From a virus, in the UHGV virus genome UHGV-0212520: 42,545 nucleotides of DNA. One strand, given 5' to 3'. The notes beneath the pieces are model-generated. The model was not told the origin of the DNA. It searched no databases and saw only the letters and a program-made list of their open reading frames with translations. Below are positions 7,946 to 16,094 of this stretch, one piece after another. How positions within the stretch are numbered: position 1 is the stretch's first letter; each line of letters starts with the position of its first letter. The position numbers and the translations under genes are program-made.

Positions 7946-8133
7946 GAATTCGTATAACTGACGTTGATTATGTTCCGCCGCCGGATTATGGCGACCCTTC
8001 GTTACGTGACTTCGGTATCTCAGTCGGAGATGAGTTCGAGGTCACATTCAGTAATGTTTATGGTCACCTAGTTGAACACCGTGGCGAGGAACTGTTAATA
8101 CGCGACCGTGAATGTGAAGTTCTGGAGGACTAA
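7942..8133 (+). CDS. Hypothetical protein
   Basis: 63 aa ORF, RBS GGGAGG. Confidence 0.5.
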   Translation: MRIRITDVDYVPPPDYGDPSLRDFGISVGDEFEVTFSNVYGHLVEHRGEELLIRDRECEVLED

Positions 8134-8136
8134 GTT

Positions 8137-8280
8137 ATGAGAGAAGCATTCGAACGGTGGGCCGTCGTTGAGGGTCTGCCGGTTAACAAGGGTTCGAAGA
8201 AAGAGTACCTGAACGTTAAGACGCGTCTCGCGTGGCGGGCGTGGAAAGCTGGTGTGCTATCTGTTGCGAATCCGAGGTGA
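8137..8280 (+). CDS. Small hypothetical protein (47 aa)
   Basis: ATG 8137 preceded by GGAGGA; fills the gap between neighbouring genes; not in track (<60 aa). Confidence 0.4.
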   Translation: MREAFERWAVVEGLPVNKGSKKEYLNVKTRLAWRAWKAGVLSVANPR

Positions 8281-8283
8281 TTT

Positions 8284-8481
8284 ATGGGTGAGTGGATTAG
8301 GTGTAGTGAGCGGATGCCAATGGCGTGCCGTGACGTAATAATAACCGACATGGATATGGTTTCCAGAGTGGCGTGGTTCAACGATAGAAATGATGCCTGG
8401 TATGTTACCGGGGTTGGGTGGTTTTCACGTGATGAGGTGACTCACTGGATGCCGTTGCCCGAGCCGCCATCGCTGGCGTAA
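8284..8481 (+). CDS. Hypothetical protein, possibly DUF551-like
   Basis: 65 aa; C-terminal THWMPLPEPP resembles the DUF551 phage domain (from memory, unverified); RBS GAGGTG. Confidence 0.4.
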   Translation: MGEWIRCSERMPMACRDVIITDMDMVSRVAWFNDRNDAWYVTGVGWFSRDEVTHWMPLPEPPSLA

Positions 8482-8482
8482 C

Positions 8483-8518
8483 AGGTGGTGTAATAGGTGG
8501 TGTAATAGGTGGTGTAAT
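8483..8518. repeat. Three perfect tandem copies of the 12-mer AGGTGGTGTAAT
   Basis: aggtggtgtaat repeated at 8483-8494, 8495-8506, 8507-8518, followed by a partial copy aggccaatagg. Confidence 0.85.
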
Positions 8519-8550
8519 AGGCCAATAGGTTACTATTTGGCTTTGTGTCT

Positions 8551-8585
8551 TACGCTGCTACACAGCAGCGTATCATTTTTCTCAT
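8551..8585 (+). terminator. Hairpin (acgctgc-tacaca-gcagcgt) followed by T-rich tract; possible terminator
   Basis: 7-bp stem at about 8552-8571 then atcatttttctcattttt. Confidence 0.35.
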
Positions 8586-8642
8586 TTTTGTTCTATTTCA
8601 TGAAATGCAACAATCGAAGCTACTATTGCGGGAGATGCAACA

Positions 8643-8813
8643 ATGAAACCGAATGACATCGTAACCTGGACCGGTAGAAACGGAGAAAAGCGATTCGGGC
8701 TTATTGTTGCGTCAGACGGCAACAAGTACCGTGTTATGCGATGGCGTCAGTGGGCGCGACGCCCGAGGTACTGCTGGATTAGCGGCGAACGATTATCGTT
8801 AAAACACCAATAA
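8643..8813 (+). CDS. Small hypothetical protein (56 aa)
   Basis: ATG 8643 with RBS GGGAGA; basic, Trp/Arg-rich. Confidence 0.4.
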   Translation: MKPNDIVTWTGRNGEKRFGLIVASDGNKYRVMRWRQWARRPRYCWISGERLSLKHQ

Positions 8814-8820
8814 AATTTAC

Positions 8821-8849
8821 TTGCACAGTAAGATAGAATAGGCTACTAT
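8821..8849 (+). promoter_or_regulatory. sigma70-like promoter, family B copy 2 (TTGCAC-N17-TACTAT)
   Basis: TTGCAC 8821-8826, spacer agtaagatagaataggc, TACTAT 8844-8849. Confidence 0.5.
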
Positions 8850-8879
8850 TCATTTACACAAACGAGAGGAGAGACAGAG

Positions 8880-9008
8880 ATGAAAGATTATAGCGAAGTA
8901 ACTTTAGGTGAGTTGCAGGACGAGTACGAAGATATGCTCTACCCGTTCGTCTGCGACGGAGACTACAACGGCGTCTATAACGGAGTGAGCGAAGAATATG
9001 AACACTAA
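8880..9008 (+). CDS. Small acidic hypothetical protein (42 aa)
   Basis: ATG 8880 with RBS GAGAGGAGAGA; overlaps the next gene start. Confidence 0.35.
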   Translation: MKDYSEVTLGELQDEYEDMLYPFVCDGDYNGVYNGVSEEYEH

Positions 9009-9387
9009 AAACGAAGTATTCGAGTACCTGATTGACCAACTACGGCAGCAGGTAAATAACAACCAGTGCGAAGACCTGGCGCATGAGGTGCAGTCACTTA
9101 AGAATCAGTTGCGTGATGCGTCGGCGCAGATTAAGGCGTTGCATCTGGCCTTGGCTACAGCTACCGGTGACGGGGAGGCGTACAAACGTATCCGTGAGCA
9201 TGAGCAATCCGGATGCCGTAAAGACGATACTCAGGAATGCCCCCATAACTGGCGATTCGTTAATGGTAAGGCTCCTGCCGTATGTATTAATTGCGGAGTG
9301 ACTAAATCCAGCGAGTGTGAACATGAATGGCAATTTTACGGAGTCGGGTTTCCATGTATGTGCCTTAAATGCGGGTTAAAGAAATGA
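8998..9387 (+). CDS. Coiled-coil protein with C-terminal Cys-rich zinc-ribbon-like domain
   Basis: 129 aa; C-terminal CPHNW...CINCG...CEHEW...CMCLKCG cysteine pairs. Confidence 0.5.
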   Translation: MNTKNEVFEYLIDQLRQQVNNNQCEDLAHEVQSLKNQLRDASAQIKALHLALATATGDGEAYKRIREHEQSGCRKDDTQECPHNWRFVNGKAPAVCINCGVTKSSECEHEWQFYGVGFPCMCLKCGLKK

Positions 9388-9587
9388 TCAGCATCCTCTT
9401 TATCTGGGTACTGTCCGCAGGCCAGATGAAACTCGCGGCATCAGAAACGTTTTATTCGATGGAGGCGTGCCAGTCTGCGGCGCGTGCCGCAGAGAACGCG
9501 CACTTCCTGTTTCAGGGCGACAAGCCCAACGATTCAGAGGTACGCGCTATCTGCTCACCTAAGAGACTTGGTAAACAGGAGAAATAA
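9384..9587 (+). CDS. Small protein with N-terminal hydrophobic signal-like segment
   Basis: Start chosen at ATG 9384 (ATGA overlap with upstream stop); MISILFIWVLSAGQMKLAAS hydrophobic N-terminus. Confidence 0.4.
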   Translation: MISILFIWVLSAGQMKLAASETFYSMEACQSAARAAENAHFLFQGDKPNDSEVRAICSPKRLGKQEK

Positions 9588-9589
9588 TT

Positions 9590-9862
9590 ATGGTACAGAG
9601 ATACGATTTAAAAGAAGACTGTGTTACGGGGCATATTGACTTAGAGAAAGACGCAGACGGTGACTGGGTGCGTTATGGAGACTACAAGGAACTGGACAAC
9701 AGTTTCCAGGACTACATAACAACTACGGACATGGAAATAGAAGGGCTTGTGGCAAGATTGGCAGAAGTAAACGCTGAGTTACAGAAATACAAAGACCAGT
9801 TCCCTGATTACGTCGAGTGCGCGAACTGTGGGTCAATTACACATGTGGAAGGGGTGGAGTGA
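9590..9862 (+). CDS. Hypothetical protein, paralog A (MVQRYDL...)
   Basis: 90 aa; RBS AGGAGA; N-terminus and WVRYGDYKELD segment similar to the next gene. Confidence 0.5.
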   Translation: MVQRYDLKEDCVTGHIDLEKDADGDWVRYGDYKELDNSFQDYITTTDMEIEGLVARLAEVNAELQKYKDQFPDYVECANCGSITHVEGVE

Positions 9863-10056
9863 TGGTGCAGAGATATGAATTAGAGCTTTATCATTGCAAT
9901 GGCGGAGAGATGGAGCCGTGTGATGAAGGTGGTTACGTAGAGTACGAAGATTACGCGGAGCTGGAGCGAAAACTGTGTAACTTCGCCGCCCAGGTACTGT
10001 ACTCACCTTGTTCGAAAGTTACCGAAGAAATGGCCTGCGAGATTCTCGGTATATGA
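9862..10056 (+). CDS. Hypothetical protein, paralog B (MVQRYEL...)
   Basis: 64 aa from ATG 9862; shares MVQRY(D/E)L start and G(D/G)(W/Y)V(R/E)Y(G/E)DY(K/A)EL(D/E) with the previous gene. Confidence 0.45.
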   Translation: MVQRYELELYHCNGGEMEPCDEGGYVEYEDYAELERKLCNFAAQVLYSPCSKVTEEMACEILGI

Positions 10057-10346
10057 GCCTTGCAACTGACATCCTGAAACGAAGCGGCCTTGCGCCGCTG
10101 TCACCGAGAGCGAACACCCAGATATACAAGCGCCGCCGTAACGCGCTGTACCCTGAGATTCAGGCCAGACGCAAAGCGGTCCGCGCCTGTGGATTCCAGA
10201 ACGGGAAGGCCGTGAATCTGGGTGAGTTCAAGACAAAGGAACGGGCTGCTATCGCTAATCGGTTATTTAATTACTGGAAATCGCTGGGATACGAAGATAT
10301 TCCGACGAAACCACAGAGACGACAATACATCTGGAGACATAAATGA
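10053..10346 (+). CDS. Hypothetical basic protein
   Basis: 97 aa from ATG 10053 overlapping upstream stop. Confidence 0.45.
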   Translation: MSLATDILKRSGLAPLSPRANTQIYKRRRNALYPEIQARRKAVRACGFQNGKAVNLGEFKTKERAAIANRLFNYWKSLGYEDIPTKPQRRQYIWRHK

Positions 10347-10783
10347 CTACTATCGCGTTTGACGGAAAGACAATGGCTTGTGACACCCGTGTTGTGTGCG
10401 GGAGTAACTGTTACAACACAGACACAAAGATATACGAGAATGATTTCGCTGTTATTGGGGTGGCTGGCGATGCAGGGGTAGGCACTATGCTTATCGATTG
10501 TCCGGGTATTCTTCGACCACAGCCCTACGACTTCGATTTCGAGGCCCTGGTGTTCGTGAAAGACACAGAAAAGGTGTATAAAGTCGCGTTTTATAAATCA
10601 TGGGATTGTGCACTTAGTTCGGTTATTCCAATTGCGGATAGCTTCGCCGCCGTGGGGTCTGGCTCGCCCTATGCGTTAGCCGCTATGGAATGTGGGTATT
10701 CGGCGCATGGTGGTGTAGCTGTTGCCTCGAAGTTCGACACTAACACCGGCGGCAAGATTATTACCAAACAACTATTAGGATAA
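10343..10783 (+). CDS. HslV/proteasome beta-subunit-like Ntn hydrolase (putative peptidase)
   Basis: 146 aa; MTTI N-terminus with Thr at position 2, VIGVAGDAG and AVGSGSPYALAAM segments align by eye with E. coli HslV (MTTIV..., VIAGFAGGTADA, IGSGGPYAQAAA). Confidence 0.5.
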   Translation: MTTIAFDGKTMACDTRVVCGSNCYNTDTKIYENDFAVIGVAGDAGVGTMLIDCPGILRPQPYDFDFEALVFVKDTEKVYKVAFYKSWDCALSSVIPIADSFAAVGSGSPYALAAMECGYSAHGGVAVASKFDTNTGGKIITKQLLG

Positions 10784-10842
10784 TTCCTACCCGTGGTATC
10801 CTCCAGTTACTGCATACTTAATACGCACCTGGAGGATTCATC

Positions 10843-11151
10843 TTGGATAAATTTACTGAAACAGTGACAGGGTGGCTTCTCGCCGCCGCACTAGCCGGAG
10901 GGGTCATCGGGCTACGACAACATAAGTCCGTTATTTCTGGCCCCATCGACGGGTTCTGCTTTATTGCAACTGGCTTCACCTGCGCCGTATTTGGCGCACC
11001 TCTCGCAGCTCAATGGTTCGGCATTACCGGCGAACGCGAAATAGCTGGCCTCGGATTTATCATCGCTGTTCTCTGGATGCCTATCTATTCCCGCCTCTCC
11101 GGTATCGTCGCCGGGGAATACATCTCACGTCGAGGAGGCCCGGATGAATGA
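10843..11151 (+). CDS. Putative holin (multi-TM small membrane protein)
   Basis: 102 aa with about three hydrophobic segments, immediately upstream of endolysin; start per ORF track (my base count around the start was off by one, so start uncertain). Confidence 0.45.
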   Translation: MDKFTETVTGWLLAAALAGGVIGLRQHKSVISGPIDGFCFIATGFTCAVFGAPLAAQWFGITGEREIAGLGFIIAVLWMPIYSRLSGIVAGEYISRRGGPDE

Positions 11152-11416
11152 GTTATTCTGGTTCGGCGGTATGCTGGCAATCGGGGGCACGTCGCTGTTT
11201 AACGTGTATCATCCCAGCGTGGACGACGGATTATTTGGCCGGGTGCTCTATATCCTCACCGCCATTGTCTGCGCTGCCGGGTGCATCCACCTGTTACAGG
11301 GCAGCATGTCACCTACGCTGCCTGAGACATTAATCACATTAGTTGCGCTGCGTCAGATTCGCCAGGCGTGGCTGTCATACGGAGGTAATAAGCGTGTCTC
11401 GAAACATTTCAGATAA
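11144..11416 (+). CDS. Putative second holin/antiholin-like membrane protein
   Basis: 90 aa with two hydrophobic segments; overlaps both the holin and endolysin genes. Confidence 0.4.
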   Translation: MNELFWFGGMLAIGGTSLFNVYHPSVDDGLFGRVLYILTAIVCAAGCIHLLQGSMSPTLPETLITLVALRQIRQAWLSYGGNKRVSKHFR

Positions 11417-11882
11417 TGGGTTGCATTTTACCGCTGCGTTCGAGGGATTCCGAGGAACTGCGTATCGTGCTACGCCGAATGAGAAGTACCTTACTATTGG
11501 CTACGGAAGCTACGGCCCACATGTTAAGGCAGGACAGACCATCACCCCCGGACAGGGCTTGCTGTTACTGAATCGCGATATGGCTAAGGCTGTAGCCGCG
11601 GTTGATGCAGCGGCACACCATTCATTAACACAGGCTCAGTTCGACGCTGTGTGCGACCTGGTGTATAACGCTGGTGCTGGTGTGATTGCTGCTACCACCG
11701 GCACGGGTAAGGCGCTGCGTTCGGGTGATACCGCGACGCTGCGGGCTAAGCTGGCGCTGTTCATCAACCAGAACGGCAAACCGCTACTTGGCCTGCGTCG
11801 CCGTACCGCGGGCCGCCTGGCACTGTTTGACGGTAAGCCGTGGCAAGAGGCTGAGGCTATCGGGCGCGCGGTGAAAGGTTGA
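11394..11882 (+). CDS. Endolysin, phage lysozyme (GH24-like muramidase)
   Basis: Pattern NGLHFTAAFEGFRGTAY...TIGYG...QFDAVCDLVYNAG...LLGLRRRTAGRLALF resembles P22-type lysozymes; start set to GTG 11394 (RBS GGAGG 8 nt upstream). Confidence 0.75.
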   Translation: MSRNISDNGLHFTAAFEGFRGTAYRATPNEKYLTIGYGSYGPHVKAGQTITPGQGLLLLNRDMAKAVAAVDAAAHHSLTQAQFDAVCDLVYNAGAGVIAATTGTGKALRSGDTATLRAKLALFINQNGKPLLGLRRRTAGRLALFDGKPWQEAEAIGRAVKG

Positions 11883-11946
11883 CACCTGAGACTAATCCGA
11901 CGATACTTAAATCACCTCCTGTTCCATCCCTCTGCTCTCCAGTTTT

Positions 11947-11980
11947 ATCCCGGCCCTGACCCAGCCGGGATTTTTTTTTA
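11947..11980 (+). terminator. Rho-independent terminator after the lysis cassette
   Basis: atcccggc-(9-nt loop)-gccgggat stem followed by nine T residues. Confidence 0.75.
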
Positions 11981-12001
11981 TCTATTTTCTGCAATGACTA
12001 G

Positions 12002-12030
12002 TTGACTATTACCTTAGACCCTATTATATT
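12002..12030 (+). promoter_or_regulatory. sigma70-like promoter (TTGACT-N17-TATATT)
   Basis: TTGACT 12002-12007, 17-nt spacer, TATATT 12025-12030; precedes the gene at 12065. Confidence 0.45.
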
Positions 12031-12064
12031 TACTCCATCGACAACGAGAACGGAGTAGAGAGAA

Positions 12065-12262
12065 ATGAGTAACGTACAAACAATCGCGATAACAGAGGAA
12101 CTTGAAGTCAAATGTATCGCATCTGTTATGGGCGGTGATTCGGTGGAAAAACTACAGATAAGGGGGGCTGCTGGTTACATACGCAGGGCTAATAGTGCGA
12201 TGAATGATTCCTTACGTAAACGTTACCTCATGAAAGCGTTAGAAATTCTGGAGAATAAGTAA
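12065..12262 (+). CDS. Hypothetical protein
   Basis: 65 aa, RBS GGAGTAGAGAGA. Confidence 0.45.
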   Translation: MSNVQTIAITEELEVKCIASVMGGDSVEKLQIRGAAGYIRRANSAMNDSLRKRYLMKALEILENK

Positions 12263-12411
12263 TGAAAATCACAGATATTGAGGCATTCAAAGACGCACAA
12301 CTGATGGCACGTATCGCCGTTAGTAACCTTAGCAACAGCATCCCGGCAGACGCGTTCTGGTTCGCTGCGATGCAGACACTTAAAGCAGCATATGCAGGAG
12401 AGAAGAAATGA
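12262..12411 (+). CDS. Small hypothetical protein (49 aa)
   Basis: ATG overlapping upstream stop (TAATG); fills an otherwise empty 150-nt interval. Confidence 0.35.
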   Translation: MKITDIEAFKDAQLMARIAVSNLSNSIPADAFWFAAMQTLKAAYAGEKK

Positions 12412-12605
12412 AAGTTAAAGCAGCTAAAATTCTCTGGTTACCCGCCCTTGACTATGTGACAGAGGGTAAAGTGTATGACGTATACAACCCGAAAACTACT
12501 GGTTTTGGTTATATAGTTGCCGATGACGGCTGTGATATTTACATAGACTTTGGTAGCGATGAAGGTGATGGTTTCCACGGCGTTAAATGGGAGATTGTCG
12601 AATGA
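12408..12605 (+). CDS. Hypothetical protein
   Basis: 65 aa, RBS GGAGAGAAG. Confidence 0.45.
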   Translation: MKVKAAKILWLPALDYVTEGKVYDVYNPKTTGFGYIVADDGCDIYIDFGSDEGDGFHGVKWEIVE

Positions 12606-12760
12606 GCGAACAAACACCAATCAGCCAACCGTTACGAGTAGGCCGTAAAGTCAGTCACATCCCGTTCCCGACACGTGAAGAACTGATGAAACGTAACAGT
12701 TTCCCGGGGCCGGACAAGAACAAGTATCTCAATCGCATGTGGGGAGAGCGTAAAGAATGA
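12602..12760 (+). CDS. Small hypothetical protein (52 aa)
   Basis: ATG 12602 overlapping upstream stop; verified open frame to 12760. Confidence 0.35.
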   Translation: MSEQTPISQPLRVGRKVSHIPFPTREELMKRNSFPGPDKNKYLNRMWGERKE

Positions 12761-12942
12761 CTGACCGCGAATATGAAAAGATGATGGTTGAGGCCGTTAA
12801 CAGCGGCGTAGACATCGGACACGTGATGCGCGTCCTGAATACTAAAATCGCGGTAGCCGAGCAAATGGTCGAGTCGCTTTACGAGACGCGCCGTGAACTG
12901 ATTAACCGCTTCAACCTGAACAAAGGTGACACCAATGCCTAA
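12757..12942 (+). CDS. Hypothetical protein
   Basis: 61 aa, overlapping start/stop. Confidence 0.45.
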   Translation: MTDREYEKMMVEAVNSGVDIGHVMRVLNTKIAVAEQMVESLYETRRELINRFNLNKGDTNA

Positions 12943-13222
12943 AATCACAATCGCATCTCTCGAGCGCCGTATTCTGGTGCTTGAGTCGGAGAAACAGACG
13001 TTAGGCGGGCAACTGTCGATTAACGGTGAGTTTCAGCTGGAGGCGTTCCGTATACTCCTCGGCGTTATGAAGCAGGAACCCAGCGCATACGCAGGAGTGT
13101 TCCTTGACGAGGAAGGTTCGCAGACACTAAGTTACTACGCTACCGAAGAAGAATTAGCGTTCGACGGCCCCGCGGTATCTATCCCGCTGTTCGATAACTG
13201 GATGGTGTACGACTATGACTAA
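12935..13222 (+). CDS. Hypothetical protein
   Basis: Start placed at ATG 12935 (MPKITIASLE...). Confidence 0.45.
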   Translation: MPKITIASLERRILVLESEKQTLGGQLSINGEFQLEAFRILLGVMKQEPSAYAGVFLDEEGSQTLSYYATEEELAFDGPAVSIPLFDNWMVYDYD

Positions 13223-13400
13223 AGCGCCTGAACCAGTAGTTATCGATGGCGTCCTGTGGAAGCCATACTCGGTTTACCACATCGACGCCGACGGGAAGAA
13301 GTTTAGCTTCTACATTTTTGCAATTAGCCGTGAGCACGCCGCTTGTGTGGTTGACGATATTCGAGAAACGGCGTGGCTTGGTGATGAGATAGCGGGGTGA
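13215..13400 (+). CDS. Hypothetical protein
   Basis: 61 aa ORF. Confidence 0.45.
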   Translation: MTKAPEPVVIDGVLWKPYSVYHIDADGKKFSFYIFAISREHAACVVDDIRETAWLGDEIAG

Positions 13401-13404
13401 GAGT

Positions 13405-13488
13405 ATGAGTCTCGAGGTGGTTATCGGTCTGGTGGGTCTTAGTTACTTCATTGGGCTGTTGGTTGGGTTTCTGTGGGGTAAATACTAA
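13405..13488 (+). CDS. Possible 27-aa single-TM micropeptide
   Basis: ATG 13405; MSLEVVIGLVGLSYFIGLLVGFLWGKY; low confidence because of size. Confidence 0.25.
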   Translation: MSLEVVIGLVGLSYFIGLLVGFLWGKY

Positions 13489-13658
13489 TGTTCAGTGACA
13501 TTAACGCGGCAATCGAAGAAGCAATCTGGCGTCGCTACAACGGCGAGCAACAACGGCATTTCTGCCTGGTGCAACGCGGTAACATGATTGCCGTAGTGCA
13601 GGACCGCGATAACAAATATCCGAATGCGATGTGGACAACGAGGAATTTTTTAGGATGA
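13488..13658 (+). CDS. Small hypothetical protein (56 aa)
   Basis: ATG 13488 (TAATG overlap); frame verified codon by codon to TGA 13656-13658. Confidence 0.35.
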   Translation: MFSDINAAIEEAIWRRYNGEQQRHFCLVQRGNMIAVVQDRDNKYPNAMWTTRNFLG

Positions 13659-13891
13659 TTACCAGCATTCCGAACCTGATTAAAGAATTCGGCACGATGG
13701 CCGAGACATGCCGGCAAACCGGCATCAACGAAATGACGATTGCGAAGTACAGCAAAGACGTTGATTGCGAGCGCCACGTAATTTATAACAATCGTCTGAT
13801 GACACATGTTAAGACAAGCCCGGTGTTATTCACGCGCCGAGGTATCACTAAAACTGAGCAACGCATTGCTAAAGGGGAGAGTGGGGAATGA
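13655..13891 (+). CDS. Hypothetical protein, possible HTH-like segment
   Basis: 78 aa from ATG 13655; AETCRQTGINEMTIAKYSK is HTH-like. Confidence 0.4.
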   Translation: MITSIPNLIKEFGTMAETCRQTGINEMTIAKYSKDVDCERHVIYNNRLMTHVKTSPVLFTRRGITKTEQRIAKGESGE

Positions 13892-14070
13892 TTGAGATTT
13901 TGAGGGCTACGAATGTTGCTGGTGACCTGGTGTTTTGGCTGGCCTTTCTCGGTGTGCTGATAAAACAACCGACTCTGTTTAACAGTCTCCCTCGTTACCT
14001 GTGGTGGCCTATGTTTTTAGGCATGGGTGTATCAGGCGTGGCAGGCATCCTTTTGTGGTTTTTCAAATGA
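13888..14070 (+). CDS. Small membrane protein (two hydrophobic segments)
   Basis: 60 aa; LVFWLAFLGVLI and MFLGMGVSGVAGILLWFF. Confidence 0.45.
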   Translation: MIEILRATNVAGDLVFWLAFLGVLIKQPTLFNSLPRYLWWPMFLGMGVSGVAGILLWFFK

Positions 14071-14169
14071 GACTACTAATCATCCCTAACGCCTGGGCCA
14101 TTCCCGTAGCCAACGACCATTACGGCGGCGACGGTAAAAGAGCGCAACGACACGGCCTATACAACTGAT

Positions 14170-14197
14170 ACAAGCCCTCTACGGAGGGCTTTTCTGT
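14170..14197 (+). terminator. Intrinsic terminator before the packaging module
   Basis: agccctc-tacg-gagggct followed by tttctgt. Confidence 0.55.
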
Positions 14198-14230
14198 ACA
14201 TCCCGCCCAATCCCCTTATATAATCTATTT

Positions 14231-14249
14231 AGACGCGTAGGGCGCGTCT
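14231..14249. promoter_or_regulatory. Palindrome AGACGCG-N5-CGCGTCT upstream of the small terminase gene
   Basis: agacgcgtagggcgcgtct at 14231-14249, with another AGACGC copy at about 14266; just downstream of a TATAAT-like hexamer at about 14219-14224. Confidence 0.4.
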
Positions 14250-14289
14250 GGTGCGCTCTGATGGTCAGACGCATATGCAAGGGGATTCT

Positions 14290-14835
14290 ATGAAGCTGAA
14301 ACTTAAGCAGCCATCGCCAGAGGTGGTGCAAGCTGCACATGAAGAAGCTGTTAGCGCAAACCGTCGCCGTAAACAACCGCGCGGTAAACAGAGCCTTTAT
14401 CAATCATCCCGTAATTCCGCTGCGCTGTGGGACCCGGACTATTGCGACGCGTTAATCGAGTTCTTCGACCGCACGTCGTGGGAACTTGTTCCTACGTCCA
14501 AAGGTGACGAACGCCCGTTGATTCAGGATAAACCGCCGTCGCTGGCCCGCTTCGCATTACACATCGGCGTCACTATTCCGATTATTAAGCTGTGGTTGCG
14601 TGAGATTCCCGCATTTGCAGAAGCCTGGGAGACCGCACAGGCGCTGGAAGAGGCGTACTTCACGGAGACAGGCGCGGCGGGCATCTCCGCTACGTTTGCT
14701 GCCGCGAAGTTGGGCCTCAGCAAAGAGAAACCGGTTGAATCAACCGAAGAAACGGCGCCGACTGAGATTATTTTCAGTGTCGCAGAGCCTGTAGGTAAAA
14801 TCGTAACAACGAATATGGGCGAGGTAGAGGAATGA
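14290..14835 (+). CDS. Putative terminase small subunit
   Basis: 181 aa from ATG 14290 (RBS AAGGGGA); position immediately upstream of and overlapping the large terminase; no diagnostic motif verified. Confidence 0.45.
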   Translation: MKLKLKQPSPEVVQAAHEEAVSANRRRKQPRGKQSLYQSSRNSAALWDPDYCDALIEFFDRTSWELVPTSKGDERPLIQDKPPSLARFALHIGVTIPIIKLWLREIPAFAEAWETAQALEEAYFTETGAAGISATFAAAKLGLSKEKPVESTEETAPTEIIFSVAEPVGKIVTTNMGEVEE

Positions 14836-16082
14836 GTATTCAGCTATCCGCACCACAGGCACTGTTCCTGAATTGCGATAACAAATACAAAGCCTATGTG
14901 GGCGGCTTCGGCAGCGGCAAGACGTTTGTTGGCTGTCTCGACCTGCTTACGTTTATGCTCAAGCACCCCGGTACACGCCTCGGCTACTTCGGCCCAACGT
15001 ACCCTGCTATACGTGACATCTTCTACCCGACATTCGAGGAAGCGGCTAATCTCCTCGGTCTCGATGTGCTGGTCAAATCCGGCGACAAAGAAGTCGTGGT
15101 TACTCGCGGTAAGACGGTGTTAGGAACTGTTATCTGCCGCTCGATGGATAATCCAGGCTCGATAGTCGGCTTCAAAATCGCGGCTGCGGTCGTGGATGAG
15201 CTGGACGTATTAAGCCGTGAGAAAGCTGAGCTGGCGTGGAACAAAATCGTAGCCCGTATGCGTCTGGTTATACCAGGTGTAATTAACCACATCTCCGTCA
15301 CCACGACGCCGGAAGGGTTCAAGTTCGTCTACGCCAAGTTCAAAGAGAATCCGACACCGAGTTACTCAATGGTGCAGGCCTCCACGCACGAGAATGCGCG
15401 ATTCCTGCCGCCGGATTACATTAGCTCACTGACCGAGACTTACCCCGCGCAACTGATTAACGCGTATCTGAACGGGGAGTTCGTTAACCTGACCTCCGGC
15501 AGCGTGTATTACGCCTATGAGCGCCGTAAGCACCGCAGTAAAGAGACAATTCAACCTGGCGACACGCTGTACATCGGGCAGGACTTCAACGTTACGAAGA
15601 ACGCAAGCGCCGTGTATGTGCAACGTAAAGATGGCTGGCACGCTGTAGCAGAACTGAAAGGCCTGTTCGATACACCGGACACCGTGCGTGTGATTACTGA
15701 GAAGTGGAAGTCACAAGGTCACCGCATCGTCGTTTACCCCGACGCCAGCGGCAAGAACCGCAAAACCAACTCGGCGTCAATCTCTGATATTGCGTTACTC
15801 CAGCAGGCCGGGTTCGATGTTCGCGCTAAATCCGTCAACCCCCCGGTTAAAGACCGTGTTTTAGCGGTGAATACCGCGCTGGAAAAAGGTAAGCTGTGGG
15901 TTAACGACCACTTATGCCCCGAGATAGCCAAGACGCTGGAGCAGCAGGCTTACGACGATAACGGGGAGCCATCCAAAGACGGCATCATTGATCATATGGC
16001 GGATGCTCTCGGCTATCCTGTAGTTTATGAGATGCCGGTGGTTAAACCAGTAATCAACATCCCGGTGACTTTCGCACTTTAA
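14832..16082 (+). CDS. terL: Terminase large subunit
   Basis: 416 aa; Walker A-like YVGGFGSGKTFVG near N-terminus; followed by portal. Confidence 0.85.
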   Translation: MSIQLSAPQALFLNCDNKYKAYVGGFGSGKTFVGCLDLLTFMLKHPGTRLGYFGPTYPAIRDIFYPTFEEAANLLGLDVLVKSGDKEVVVTRGKTVLGTVICRSMDNPGSIVGFKIAAAVVDELDVLSREKAELAWNKIVARMRLVIPGVINHISVTTTPEGFKFVYAKFKENPTPSYSMVQASTHENARFLPPDYISSLTETYPAQLINAYLNGEFVNLTSGSVYYAYERRKHRSKETIQPGDTLYIGQDFNVTKNASAVYVQRKDGWHAVAELKGLFDTPDTVRVITEKWKSQGHRIVVYPDASGKNRKTNSASISDIALLQQAGFDVRAKSVNPPVKDRVLAVNTALEKGKLWVNDHLCPEIAKTLEQQAYDDNGEPSKDGIIDHMADALGYPVVYEMPVVKPVINIPVTFAL

Positions 16083-16094
16083 GAGGATTATTCA

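Noticed and set aside
8483-8518. 12-bp tandem repeats as a CRISPR array
   Set aside because: Repeats are contiguous with no spacers, only 12 bp long, and no cas genes are present; not a CRISPR array.
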